Below are positions 18,375 to 27,904 of a DNA stretch of 64,000 nt, piece by piece. Origin of the DNA: Syntrophales bacterium (lineage in GTDB: Bacteria > Desulfobacterota > Syntrophia > Syntrophales > UBA4778); assembly GCA_041946925.1 (NCBI GenBank), contig JBHGBI010000002.1, forward strand, positions 3,299 through 67,298, written 5' to 3'. A program made the translations under genes and the position numbers. The notes under the pieces are model-generated. The model saw nothing but the letters and a program-made list of their open reading frames with translations. It was not told where the DNA came from and searched no databases. Position 1 is the stretch's first letter. Every line of letters starts with the position of its first letter.

Positions 18375-19342
18375 CAGTAGGCGACCCCTTTCAGTTCTTC
18401 TAAATAAAGATGGGCGCAATAGGCAGCCGTCGCGCCGTCACTGCAAGCTGTTACTACCTGACGCAGAACCTTGTGTATGCAGTCGCCGCAGGCAAAAATT
18501 CCTTTTGCCGAGGAATTCATATGCGAGTCAACAAGAATATAGCCATTTTCGTCCAGGTCGACGAGACCCCGTACAAATTGGGTGCTTGGTTGCATACCTA
18601 TAAAGATGAATACTCCATCAGTCGGAATTATTTTCGGTTCCTCGGAGTTTTTAATATCTCTGATCCGGATGGCCGAAACAGAGTCGTCCCCCAAAATTTC
18701 TTCCACCTTGGAGTTCCAGATGAACTCGATTCTGCCGCTTTCAAAGGCCCTTTTCTGCAGGATTCCCGAAGCCCTCAGGCGGTCCCTCCGATGCACTACC
18801 GTGATTTTCCGGGCGAATTTCGTCAAATAAATAGCCTCTCCTATAGCCGCATCGCCCCCTCCGATCACAACGATATCCTTGTCTTTGTAAAAAGGCGCAT
18901 CGCATGTGGCGCAATATGAAATGCCTTTACCGAGATACCGGTCCTCACCGGGTATCTCGAGCTTCTTCCACGTAGTACCCGCGGCAATAATGCAGGAGAG
19001 AGATTCGTGAGAGGAATCACCAGTACGGATTTCCCATCCCTGGATTCTTCCCCACGTTCTGGGGATAACACGGGATACATCCCCCGTGACTATCTTAAGG
19101 CCGAATCGCAATGCCTGCTTTTTGAACCTCTCGTTCAGATCGAAACCACTTATTCCTTCCGGAAATCCCGGATAGTTTTCCACGTGGTCAGTATATACGA
19201 TCTGGCTCAGAGAAGCCGTCCCCTCGATTAGAATAGTTTTCATATGGGCGCGGGAAGCATAAAGGCCGGCCGTCAGTCCTGCGGGTCCGGCTCCGATTAT
19301 GACGGTATCGTAAACGTGATCGGGTAGAGCGGTCTTTTCCAT
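18374..19342 (-). CDS. trxB: thioredoxin-disulfide reductase
   Basis: FAD motif GAGPAG, redox-active CATCD, and NADPH motif GGGDAA. Confidence 0.93.
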   Translation of the reverse strand: MEKTALPDHVYDTVIIGAGPAGLTAGLYASRAHMKTILIEGTASLSQIVYTDHVENYPGFPEGISGFDLNERFKKQALRFGLKIVTGDVSRVIPRTWGRIQGWEIRTGDSSHESLSCIIAAGTTWKKLEIPGEDRYLGKGISYCATCDAPFYKDKDIVVIGGGDAAIGEAIYLTKFARKITVVHRRDRLRASGILQKRAFESGRIEFIWNSKVEEILGDDSVSAIRIRDIKNSEEPKIIPTDGVFIFIGMQPSTQFVRGLVDLDENGYILVDSHMNSSAKGIFACGDCIHKVLRQVVTACSDGATAAYCAHLYLEELKGVAY

Positions 19343-19569
19343 ACAATGCCTCCATGGCTGGAAATTTGTGTAGTTTATTCAAATATCGAACCAAGTTCAA
19401 GATAAATTGAAAATTCAAAATCCACCACCTGGTAAACCATATTCATCTGGACAGGAGTTTCTCAACGTCGTGCTGAAGAGGATTTCGTTATCAGATTCTG
19501 TTTTCCTTGGACAATCTATCTTTAATGTTCTAAATTTCTTTTTTATAATAATTTCCAGGAGGAGAAAAG

Positions 19570-20349
19570 ATGACGAACGAGCAACTGAATTCGAAAATCG
19601 AGCAGTATATCCGACCCCTGACTTTTCCGGTAGCAGTTAAGATATCAAAAGAAGTGGAGATACCTGATTCATACCGGCGCCCCGTGAACCTTTTCGGCCA
19701 CCGCATCAATATTTGCCAGGGAGTGAATATGGCGCGGCGTTACGGATGGAACCTGGGGTTTGGCCATGAGGACATGGCCTGCCCGCTTTCCATTCCCATT
19801 TTCGGGTTTTGCGAGGAGCCGGATTTCGTCACCCGCGGAGAGATCATCTATCCTGATTTCACAGTCAGCATAGAAGCCGGTTCCAGAACTCAATCTATGC
19901 AGCCGAAGGCCCCGACGGGTTCCATCGGGAGTATCTGGGTCGGTCCGCTCAGCAGGGTGGATTTCGATCCCGACTTGATTCTGGTTTATGGCAGCCCGGC
20001 TCAGATCGTCAGAATGGTTCAGGGTGCCCTGTACCATGAAGGCGGGGCGATAGAATCCCGATTCTCGGGGCGATGCGCCTGTGCTCAGGAATTCATTTAT
20101 CCCTATCTCAGCGGGAAATGCAATGTCATTATTCCTGCCCAGGGAGAAAGGTTGTTTGCGATGACAACCGATGATGAACTGGTGTTCTCTATTCCGGGAG
20201 CAAAAGCGGCATCCGTTCTGGAAGGAGTGGAAATTACCCATAAGAGAGGCGTCTCGAGAATACCCACACCGTATTTCGGACTCCGAATGAAACCGGAATT
20301 TCCGAAACGGTACGATGAGCTTGCCGCATTCTGCGGCCTGAAAGAATAG
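19570..20349 (+). CDS. DUF169-like protein (uncharacterised)
   Basis: 259 aa with a GGAGG RBS. The sequence resembles the DUF169/COG2043 family as I recall it. No catalytic motif identified. Confidence 0.7.
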   Translation: MTNEQLNSKIEQYIRPLTFPVAVKISKEVEIPDSYRRPVNLFGHRINICQGVNMARRYGWNLGFGHEDMACPLSIPIFGFCEEPDFVTRGEIIYPDFTVSIEAGSRTQSMQPKAPTGSIGSIWVGPLSRVDFDPDLILVYGSPAQIVRMVQGALYHEGGAIESRFSGRCACAQEFIYPYLSGKCNVIIPAQGERLFAMTTDDELVFSIPGAKAASVLEGVEITHKRGVSRIPTPYFGLRMKPEFPKRYDELAAFCGLKE

Positions 20350-20356
20350 AAAAATC

Positions 20357-21748
20357 ATGATTATGTCCGGCGATGTCCTGAAGCGCAGGCAGGATGTACA
20401 AAGGGCCGGGGCGGTCTCAATGGAACTCAAAGCCAGGGAAAAGTGGACCCGGGAGGAACTCCTTCACTTTCAGGCCCGGCAGCTGAAATCCCTTGTCGGT
20501 CACGCCGCCCGGCACTCCTTGTTTTACAAAGAGCTGTACCGCCATCTCCGGAGTGATGGGCCGGTTCGCCTTGAAGACTTACCTGTGCTGGATAAAAGGA
20601 CGATGATGGAACATTTCGACCGGCTGGTCACTGATCCGCGTCTCAAGATTTCCGACATCCACCGGCATATCGAAAGAGTGGAGGACGATGCTTATTATCT
20701 TGACGAATACCGGATTCTTACCACGGCCGGAAGTATGGGACCGAAGGGCGTCTTTGTGTATAGTCGCGGTGCATGGGCCGTGATCCTGGCTGCCGTGGAG
20801 CGCGCATCTTCGTTTATGGGTTTCACGTCCCCTTCACCGGTAAGGAGCACCTCGATCGGCTCGGACAGTCCTCTGCATCTTAGCTATCGCCGTGCGGCAA
20901 GCGCCATGGCGGATATAGACGGCGGAAAAACGCAGATGCTCAAGGCCACTTCTCCGATTGAGGAGCTGGTGGAAGAGTTGAACGCGTACCAGCCGGACTA
21001 CATCCATACTTACCCGTCCATTGCCGGGCTCCTTGCCGGAGAGCAGCTCGAAGGACATTTGCATATAAGTCCGAAAGTCATTGTAACAGGCGCCGAGACG
21101 CTCATGGAAGATGTCGTGCGGAACATACGGCGGGCATGGGGAAATATCCTTTTCAATTCGTACAGCGCCACAGAGGGCGTGCTCGGTGTGGAATGCGCCC
21201 ATCACCGGGGTATTCACCTGTTTGAGGACCTCTGTATCGTGGAAGTAGTTGATGAGAAGAACCGGCCTGTTGCGGATGGGATGCCGGGACATAAAATACT
21301 GATCACAAATCTCTACCAGTATACACAGCCCCTGATCCGCTATCAGATTTCCGATATGATCACCGTATCTCCCGAGCGCTGCGCCTGCGGAAGGCCGTTC
21401 CGCCTAATCTCGGAAATCAAGGGCAGGAGCGATGATATCATATATCTCGAAGGCGAGAAGGGACAACCCATTGCGGTCGTTCCCATCCATTTCCATGCTC
21501 CGATCGTGTCAATCGGGAATATCAGGGAATATCAAATTACCTTCAAGAAAAACGAACTCCATATCTGCCTCATGCTGCAGAGGGGATCGTCAAAGGAAAT
21601 ATCCGCGCAGAGGGTACGCCGGGTGCTCGAGGAGGAAATCCGGCGGCTGGGCGCAAAACTTCCTTCCATTCATGTCCGTTTCACGGACCGGTTTATCCGC
21701 GATCCGAAATTAATGGGTAAAATGAGGATGATTGTCGTCGAGCGTTGA
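20357..21748 (+). CDS. PaaK/coenzyme-F390-synthetase-like adenylate-forming ligase
   Basis: Has SYSATEG and the hinge IKGRSDDIIY typical of the phenylacetate-CoA ligase family. The start is ambiguous (20357 or ATG 20420). Confidence 0.8.
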   Translation: MIMSGDVLKRRQDVQRAGAVSMELKAREKWTREELLHFQARQLKSLVGHAARHSLFYKELYRHLRSDGPVRLEDLPVLDKRTMMEHFDRLVTDPRLKISDIHRHIERVEDDAYYLDEYRILTTAGSMGPKGVFVYSRGAWAVILAAVERASSFMGFTSPSPVRSTSIGSDSPLHLSYRRAASAMADIDGGKTQMLKATSPIEELVEELNAYQPDYIHTYPSIAGLLAGEQLEGHLHISPKVIVTGAETLMEDVVRNIRRAWGNILFNSYSATEGVLGVECAHHRGIHLFEDLCIVEVVDEKNRPVADGMPGHKILITNLYQYTQPLIRYQISDMITVSPERCACGRPFRLISEIKGRSDDIIYLEGEKGQPIAVVPIHFHAPIVSIGNIREYQITFKKNELHICLMLQRGSSKEISAQRVRRVLEEEIRRLGAKLPSIHVRFTDRFIRDPKLMGKMRMIVVER

Positions 21749-21757
21749 GGGAGGCTG

Positions 21758-22297
21758 TTATTTGCCATCCCTTACCGAAAGAGGGCGTTTCTGTTTTCCG
21801 ACTTTTAACAGCCTCGCTTCGATTAGATCCGCCAGACCTGCCGCATCCTTGATGCTGAACTGCGGCACTTCGGAAATATCCCGCCTATCCCCCACGACAG
21901 CGATAAGGTTGTCTACTTTTGTACAGAGCGGTGCCTGATTGAGCTCCGGGCGGAATATTTCAATCTTCGGGTACGGATTTCCCTTGAAACCTTCGACCAG
22001 AACAATATCTACATCGCGGATATACCTGTCCCTGATCTCCGCAATTTCGTAATCTCTCTCGGTATCTTCAATTACGGCAATCTTGTCCGGAGACGCAATG
22101 ACTGCTGTGCGGGCCCCTGCTTTTTTATGACGCCAGCTGTCCTTTCCCTCATGATCTATATCAAAGCCGTGGGTATTGTGCTTGATAGTGGCGACCTTAT
22201 AACCGCGCTTCCGGAATTCCGGGATCAATCTCTCGATCAGAGTCGTTTTCCCGCTGTTGGACCGGCCGACAATGGATAGTACGGGAATTTTTCTCAT
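21758..22297 (-). CDS. mobB: molybdopterin-guanine dinucleotide biosynthesis adaptor protein MobB
   Basis: Walker A GRSNSGKTT, followed by KHNTHGFDIDHEGKDSWRH. Confidence 0.9.
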   Translation of the reverse strand: MRKIPVLSIVGRSNSGKTTLIERLIPEFRKRGYKVATIKHNTHGFDIDHEGKDSWRHKKAGARTAVIASPDKIAVIEDTERDYEIAEIRDRYIRDVDIVLVEGFKGNPYPKIEIFRPELNQAPLCTKVDNLIAVVGDRRDISEVPQFSIKDAAGLADLIEARLLKVGKQKRPLSVRDGK

Positions 22298-22419
22298 TTT
22301 TTTCCAGAGGCTTTCCTGAAAATTTCGATGAAAAATCTCGATTTCAGTTGGTTATATCACTTTATGCGTTATAAGAAAGTGAAAATTGCGTATATCCGGT
22401 CATGCATGTAATTTTAATC

Positions 22420-22449
22420 TTGACGCAATTCCATTGGTTTTCCTACACT
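22420..22449 (+). promoter_or_regulatory. candidate sigma70-type promoter
   Basis: TTGACG (22420-22425), an 18-nt spacer, then TACACT (22444-22449). This is 32 nt upstream of ATG 22481. Confidence 0.35.
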
Positions 22450-22480
22450 GTATTTGAAAAAAATAAAAACGGAGGCAAGC

Positions 22481-23047
22481 ATGAAGAGAATTATGTGGCT
22501 CGTATTTCTGGCGGCATTGCTTCCGGGACTGATTGCATACACTGCTGTGAGGCCTCCCGAGCCGGGGGAGAAACCGCCTGAGATTGTCCTTCCAGCACCA
22601 TCAGACAGATCCGACAGAATTTACCTGGGTGCCCCGCGTACAGGATTCTTCTATATTTCCGATTTGAAGATACCGGTTGTCCTGATCGAAATTTTGAGTA
22701 TTTATTGCCCTTACTGCCAGAAAGAGGCCCCTAATGTCAACAAACTTCATGAAATGATAGAAAAAGATCCGGGACTGAGAGGAAAAATCAAAATCATCGG
22801 GATCGGGGCCGGCAACTCTTCTTTTGAAACAGCCATCTTCAGGAAAAAATACGGAATTCCTTTTCCCATCTTTCCCGACCCGGATTTTGTCATTCACCAG
22901 CAAGTCGGGGAAGTCAGGACACCCTACTTTATCGGCGTCAGAAATCGTCCCGACGGATCTTCCAGGATTTTCTATTCGAACGTGGGCGGATTTGGAGATC
23001 CCGGAGCGTTTCTTGACAGGATAAAACAATTATCGGATTTGAAATAG
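22481..23047 (+). CDS. membrane-anchored/exported thioredoxin-fold protein (TlpA/redoxin-like), CPYC active site
   Basis: The track start 22454 is a TTG. ATG 22481 follows ACGGAGG. Hydrophobic N-terminus MKRIMWLVFLAALLPGLIA. Redox motif CPYC. Confidence 0.8.
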   Translation: MKRIMWLVFLAALLPGLIAYTAVRPPEPGEKPPEIVLPAPSDRSDRIYLGAPRTGFFYISDLKIPVVLIEILSIYCPYCQKEAPNVNKLHEMIEKDPGLRGKIKIIGIGAGNSSFETAIFRKKYGIPFPIFPDPDFVIHQQVGEVRTPYFIGVRNRPDGSSRIFYSNVGGFGDPGAFLDRIKQLSDLK

Positions 23048-23059
23048 GAGGATAACCCT

Positions 23060-23662
23060 GTGATGGGAAGAGTCGCTTATTGCATGGTGCTGGTGCTTGC
23101 GGCCCTCAGCCTGGAGGGCGCGGCCGCCCTTGCCGCCTCCGAAGCTTTTAAGGGAAACATTTACAACCCGGGCGTCCTCAAAGCTGTGGACAGTGTCTTG
23201 AAAGTCAAAACAGGAGACCGGGCGCCCGATTTTACTCTTCCGGCGGTCGCCGGCGGGACGGTTTCACTTTCCCGGTTTCTGGGCAAAAAAAACGTCGTCC
23301 TTTCCTTTGTACCCGCGGCATGGACTCCGGTTTGCTCGGACCAGTGGCCGGGATATAATTTAGTCAAGGATATTTTTGACGAGCACGATACCGTTCTCCT
23401 GGGAATATCCGTGGATAATATTCCAACACTGTTCGCCTGGACGAATCAGATGGGGACTCTATGGTTTCCCGTTCTTTCCGATTTCTGGCCGCACGGCCGC
23501 ACAGCCGACCGCTACGGCGTGCTCCGCTCAGACGGGACTTCGGAAAGGGCGCTATTTGTAATCGATAAGAAGGGCATTATCCGCTATATCGATGTCCACG
23601 ACATCAATAAAAGACCAAAGCTCGAAGAACTGGTAAAGGCGCTGGAAAATCTGCCGAAGTGA
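23060..23662 (+). CDS. exported peroxiredoxin (AhpC/TSA family)
   Basis: Signal-like N-terminus (VLVLAALSLEGAAALAASEA). Peroxidatic-Cys motif FVPAAWTPVCS. AGGAGG RBS. Start is GTG 23060 or ATG 23063. Confidence 0.88.
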   Translation: MMGRVAYCMVLVLAALSLEGAAALAASEAFKGNIYNPGVLKAVDSVLKVKTGDRAPDFTLPAVAGGTVSLSRFLGKKNVVLSFVPAAWTPVCSDQWPGYNLVKDIFDEHDTVLLGISVDNIPTLFAWTNQMGTLWFPVLSDFWPHGRTADRYGVLRSDGTSERALFVIDKKGIIRYIDVHDINKRPKLEELVKALENLPK

Positions 23663-23683
23663 ACCTACCTGCAAGCGGCCTCC

Positions 23684-24433
23684 TCAAGCCGACATATCAT
23701 ATTGTTCGAGGAGTTCACGATTATCAAGAATAGCTTGGGCGCTCCCCTGAGCGGCAATTTTTCCCCTGTACATCAGGGCGACGGCGGAACAGGTCTCTCT
23801 GACAAGGTTCAGATCGTGGGTGGCGATAATTTTCGTCTGCGTCAGATTATTCAGCAAGCCGATAAGATCTCTTCTGTGCTTTGGATCCAGATTGCTGCTC
23901 GGTTCATCCAGGATCAGTATTCGGGGATCCATGGAAAGCACTGTCGCAATGGCGGCCCTCTTTTTTTCACCTATACTCAAGTGGTGGGGTGATCTGTGCG
24001 TGAACGAGAGGAGGTCAACCTGCTTCAATGCTCTGTTGACGGACGCCTCGACATCGGATTTATTCAACCCCATATTAATCGGCCCGAAACTGACGTCATC
24101 GAATATAGTCGGCATGAAGAGCTGATTTTCGGGATCCTGGAAAACAAGACCCACTTTGCTTCTGATAATTGAAAGGTTTTTATCGGTCATGTCCAAACCG
24201 AGAATTTTTATGAACCCGTCTCCTTTCAATATTCCGATGAGATGGAGTAACAGGGTGGACTTGCCTGCTCCGTTTGATCCTATGATCCCCAGTGAAATTC
24301 CTTCGAAAACATCGAGAGTTATGCCGGACAGCGCACTTGTGCCGTCCGGATACGAATACCGCAGGTTATTGATTTCTATTATTCTTTCCTGATGATTAGA
24401 CATCTGGATAAAAAATCCCATATTTCGATCCAA
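23684..24433 (-). CDS. cbiO: ECF transporter ATPase (CbiO/NikO type)
   Basis: Walker A GSNGAGKST, signature LSIGEKKR, Walker B ILILDEP. The start is ambiguous (TTG 24433, ATG 24421 or ATG 24403). Confidence 0.9.
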   Translation of the reverse strand: MDRNMGFFIQMSNHQERIIEINNLRYSYPDGTSALSGITLDVFEGISLGIIGSNGAGKSTLLLHLIGILKGDGFIKILGLDMTDKNLSIIRSKVGLVFQDPENQLFMPTIFDDVSFGPINMGLNKSDVEASVNRALKQVDLLSFTHRSPHHLSIGEKKRAAIATVLSMDPRILILDEPSSNLDPKHRRDLIGLLNNLTQTKIIATHDLNLVRETCSAVALMYRGKIAAQGSAQAILDNRELLEQYDMSA

Positions 24434-24512
24434 GGCGTTCCTTCAACAAACTCAGAACAGGTGTCGTGGTGAGCCGAACCATGACAACTATACAGAGCTT
24501 TTGAAAACTCTG

Positions 24513-25286
24513 CTAAAAACCGAAGAGATTGATGCCGATAAGCGCTGCCGCCAAAATCAAGATGAAGAGCATATCCTGAAATCTGATTTGAAAATTATAC
24601 AATGTGCGGATTTGGCCATTAAAGCCGCGTGAACACATGGCCAGGTGCACCGATTCCGCCCTTTCAAAGGATCTGATAAACAGCACGCCCGTCATATTCG
24701 CAACGGCCTTAAGACGAAACCGCCACGTACTACCGCTTATCATCCGCGCCTCGCGTGCCTGTTTCATTTTAAGGATTTCATCGTGGATGATGAAAATATA
24801 CCGGTACATGAATGATAAAAGCATGATCATTAGAGAAGGGAATTTTAATTTTTCAAGAGCCTTCAAGAGATCCGCAAAGGGGGTGGCGGCTGTAAGCAGG
24901 GTCAGGCATACTATGGACAGGAACCCTTTAAGCAGAATGCTCCGGAACATGACGAACCCTTCCCGGGTAGCGGTGGCCTGGAACGGACCATAAGCAAGGA
25001 CCAAGCAGGGCTCTCCCGCCTTAAGGAAGGGAATAAAAATCGCGGTTAAAAGAACGAACGGAAGGATCAATGCTGCACGCTTTATAAAGAAAAGCGGTGG
25101 TATTCTCGAAACGAGAACGAGAATAAAAATAACGAGAGCAAATAGCCCGTAACTCAGTAATGCACCAGGCCCGGCCAGGATAATGGAAACGATGAGCGCT
25201 GAAAAAGCGGCGATCTTTATTCTGGGATCAAGCCTTTTCAGAGGGCTTTCAATGTGGCTGTATCCATCTATGAACGAGTGTTTCAT
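24513..25286 (-). CDS. cbiQ: ECF transporter transmembrane T component (CbiQ/NikQ type)
   Basis: 257 aa, polytopic, with CbiQ-like sequence. 4-nt overlap with the upstream gene. Confidence 0.88.
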   Translation of the reverse strand: MKHSFIDGYSHIESPLKRLDPRIKIAAFSALIVSIILAGPGALLSYGLFALVIFILVLVSRIPPLFFIKRAALILPFVLLTAIFIPFLKAGEPCLVLAYGPFQATATREGFVMFRSILLKGFLSIVCLTLLTAATPFADLLKALEKLKFPSLMIMLLSFMYRYIFIIHDEILKMKQAREARMISGSTWRFRLKAVANMTGVLFIRSFERAESVHLAMCSRGFNGQIRTLYNFQIRFQDMLFILILAAALIGINLFGF

Positions 25287-25573
25287 TTCCTTTGTCTTGC
25301 AAGAAGGGCCGCTATTGCGCAGCCGATGCCGAACATAGTCAATACGCCGATAAAACCGGCAGCAATGTTACCCAGCAGTTCATTTTCTGATCCCGGAATA
25401 CGGTAATCCGGCAGGGGCGAATGTAGAGTTGGGACAACTTCTCCCTTTTTCGCAAAGGAGAGTTTTTTTGCCACCCACTCCAGACCATCGGGACTGGAAG
25501 AAGAAAAAGGTGCAATAAAGACCGCAAGACACAATACAATGCCGAGGGCCAACAGAATTTCTCTTCTTTTCAT
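25283..25573 (-). CDS. PDGLE-domain small membrane protein (NikN/CbiN-position component)
   Basis: 96 aa with two TM segments flanking SSSPDGLEWVA. Overlaps cbiM and cbiQ by 4 nt each. Confidence 0.75.
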   Translation of the reverse strand: MKRREILLALGIVLCLAVFIAPFSSSSPDGLEWVAKKLSFAKKGEVVPTLHSPLPDYRIPGSENELLGNIAAGFIGVLTMFGIGCAIAALLARQRK

Positions 25574-26214
25574 TTTATCCCAATCCGGTTTTTATAAATC
25601 AGGTCCGGCCTTGTCTTGAGAATGAAACCTGCGACGGCAACTGTGATCACAGCCTCGCCGATTCCTATGATCATGTGCACTCCGACCATTGCAGGGATGA
25701 CGATACCGACAGGAGAAGTGCCTGAGATGGCAAGCTCGAGGGCACAGAAAAACGCGGCAATGATCACGGAGCACCATGAGGCGATCGCACAGGCCGCAAG
25801 AAAGCCCTTCTCCGAGCCCAGCACCGACATGAAAAGCCTGTAAATCGCATAGCCGCCTAAGGTTCCGGCCAGTGCCATATTCAATATATTGGCCCCGAGG
25901 GCCAGCAATCCGCCGTCCTGGAATACCAGGCATTGAAATATCAGAACGGACGCAAGGACTGTAGCCCCCGCATACGGCCCCAACAGGACGGATGCCATAA
26001 CGCCGCCGAAAAGATGGCCGGATGTCCCTCCCATTATCGGAAAGTTTATCATCTGAGCGACAAAGATAAAGGCCGACATGACGCCCATCAAGGGAATCGC
26101 TCTTTCCTTCAAATCGGAAGACGCCTTTTTCAGGCAGAATCCGATTCCCGAGGCGGAGATCACCCAGGCGGGAGTCCATGTTTGTACCGATAAAAAACCG
26201 TCAGGTATGTGCAT
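25570..26214 (-). CDS. cbiM: ECF substrate-capture component CbiM/NikM
   Basis: Has the MHIPDG N-terminus characteristic of CbiM/NikM. Polytopic. Confidence 0.9.
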   Translation of the reverse strand: MHIPDGFLSVQTWTPAWVISASGIGFCLKKASSDLKERAIPLMGVMSAFIFVAQMINFPIMGGTSGHLFGGVMASVLLGPYAGATVLASVLIFQCLVFQDGGLLALGANILNMALAGTLGGYAIYRLFMSVLGSEKGFLAACAIASWCSVIIAAFFCALELAISGTSPVGIVIPAMVGVHMIIGIGEAVITVAVAGFILKTRPDLIYKNRIGIK

Positions 26215-26293
26215 CTCATGTCCTGGCTGCGCAAAAAAGCCGCCTGTTTAATATCACATAAATAAAATACGTGCTACCAAAACATAAAAAAAA

Positions 26294-26710
26294 TCAAGAC
26301 AGATTTTCTCCCAGCGTAGCCATTGAAAAACCGGCGTGTTTGATTCCTTTCGTGGACTTCAGTTTTCGGAAGAGTTTTTCCACTTCTGATGACTTCCCCC
26401 GGGCCACTATAATCTCGAGACAATGGTCATGGCTGAGATGGATGTGCTGAGTTGAAATAATGTAATCGTGAAAATCATGCTGGAGATCAAGTATCCGGTT
26501 CACCAGTTCTCTGGTGTGGTGATCGTATACGAGGGTTATGGCCCCGGTGACTTCCCTGTTTTCCGCCCATTCCCTTTTGACCAGGTCATCCCGGATCAGA
26601 TCGCGGACGGCTTCCGAGCGGTTCGTGTATCGTTTTTTCTTTATATGATCGTCGAATCTGCGCAGCAGATCCAAATCCAGCGAGACGCCGAACCTGACTA
26701 TGCCCGACAT
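26294..26710 (-). CDS. nikR: nickel-responsive transcriptional regulator NikR
   Basis: N-terminal ribbon-helix-helix (RFGVSLDLDLLRRFD). C-terminal His/Cys-rich metal domain (HHTRELV...HDFHDYI...HLSHDHCLE). Confidence 0.9.
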   Translation of the reverse strand: MSGIVRFGVSLDLDLLRRFDDHIKKKRYTNRSEAVRDLIRDDLVKREWAENREVTGAITLVYDHHTRELVNRILDLQHDFHDYIISTQHIHLSHDHCLEIIVARGKSSEVEKLFRKLKSTKGIKHAGFSMATLGENLS

Positions 26711-26741
26711 GATGTTATCCTATCCTCAAAAAGGTATTATG

Positions 26742-26769
26742 AGTATAAAAAAATAACACCCCGTGTCAA
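26742..26769 (-). promoter_or_regulatory. candidate sigma70-type promoter for nikR and the Ni transporter
   Basis: The minus strand reads TTGACA (26769-26764), a 16-nt spacer, then TATACT (26747-26742). This is 32 nt upstream of the nikR ATG and just downstream of the hypE stop. Confidence 0.4.
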
Positions 26770-26779
26770 TGTAAAAATA

Positions 26780-27790
26780 TTAGCATATTCTTGGAACCAA
26801 TTCGCCAGTTGGGAGGTCGATAATCCTTTCGCCGCCGATGACGGTTGTCATTTCCACCCGTCCGGTCTTCCTTTGCAGGACCCTGCCTATCGCGGCCGCA
26901 TCCCTGCCGAGCGGGTTTTTTTTCATTACGGTGAGGACCTTCTTTGCATCCTCCTCAGGGCAGAATACAACCATTTTCCCCTCGTTTGCAAGATAGAGGG
27001 GCTCGATGCCCAGTATTTCGCAGATTCCCCTTACATCACTGCGGACGGGGATATCGATTTCTGAAACGCGTATCAGATACCCGGTCTTTTTCGCGATCTC
27101 CGCGAGGATAGCGCCAAGTCCTCCCCGTGTTGCATCACGCATGCAGTGGATATTCGGCGTTGCGGCCAGGATATCCTCGACCAGTCCGTTCAGAGGCGCC
27201 GAATCGGAATAAATATCGGAACCGAAAGAGAGCCCTTCCCTCTGATTCATTATTGCGGCGCCGTGGTCGCCTATGGTCCCGTTCAGTATTACGACATCTC
27301 CCGGGCGGATGCTTTCCGGAGAAATCATGTTAGGATAATCGATACTACCTACGCCGGAGGTGTTTATAAAAATGCGGTCCGCGGCGCCGCGAGGGACGAC
27401 TTTTGTGTCTCCTGTAACGACTTTCACTCCGGCGCGTGCGGCGGCCCGGGACATCGACTCGACAATCCTTTCCAGAAAATCCATCTCGAAACCTTCTTCC
27501 AGAATGAAACCGGCGCTTAGATAAAGGGGCTTTCCTCCGCACATGGCCAGATCATTCACAGTCCCGTTTATCGCAAGAGAACCTATGTCCCCCCCGGGGA
27601 AAAAAATCGGATTAACAACAAACGAGTCGGTCGTAAAGCAGACTCTGGCGCCGCCCACAGGGAAAACCGCCCCGTCTTCCAGGCGTTCAAGGAGGTCATT
27701 TCTGAAAGCAGGAAGGAATATCCTGCTTATCAATTCATTCGACATCAAACCGCCGCTTCCATGTTCCAGTAGAATCCGTTCTGTGTTCAT
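26780..27790 (-). CDS. hypE: hydrogenase maturation protein HypE
   Basis: PurM-like fold sequence with the diagnostic C-terminal ...VPRIC. Preferred ATG 27790 (the track start is 27817). Confidence 0.93.
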   Translation of the reverse strand: MNTERILLEHGSGGLMSNELISRIFLPAFRNDLLERLEDGAVFPVGGARVCFTTDSFVVNPIFFPGGDIGSLAINGTVNDLAMCGGKPLYLSAGFILEEGFEMDFLERIVESMSRAAARAGVKVVTGDTKVVPRGAADRIFINTSGVGSIDYPNMISPESIRPGDVVILNGTIGDHGAAIMNQREGLSFGSDIYSDSAPLNGLVEDILAATPNIHCMRDATRGGLGAILAEIAKKTGYLIRVSEIDIPVRSDVRGICEILGIEPLYLANEGKMVVFCPEEDAKKVLTVMKKNPLGRDAAAIGRVLQRKTGRVEMTTVIGGERIIDLPTGELVPRIC

Positions 27791-27904
27791 TTTTATCCTT
27801 TTTTCACATCCTGACATCTTTAAAAAATAAAGGCAGGCTTCAGGCTAAATAGCTTTTTACTCCCCGGAAACACAATCTGCCGCGGCGGACGGACGAACGC
27901 TTTC

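Noticed and set aside
25592-26179. 195-aa alternative-frame minus ORF inside cbiM, and likewise 17650..18360 inside lgt
   Set aside because: They lie on the same strand but off-frame from genes with diagnostic motifs (MHIPDG, HPSQLYE). Their Arg-rich translations are typical of frame-shifted reads of membrane-protein genes.
26215-26779. Calling specific NikR operators near nikR and cbiM
   Set aside because: I looked for an E. coli-type GTATGA-N16-TCATAC site and found only loose AT-rich partial matches, for example GTATTATGAGTATA at 26734-26747. That is not enough to assert a site.
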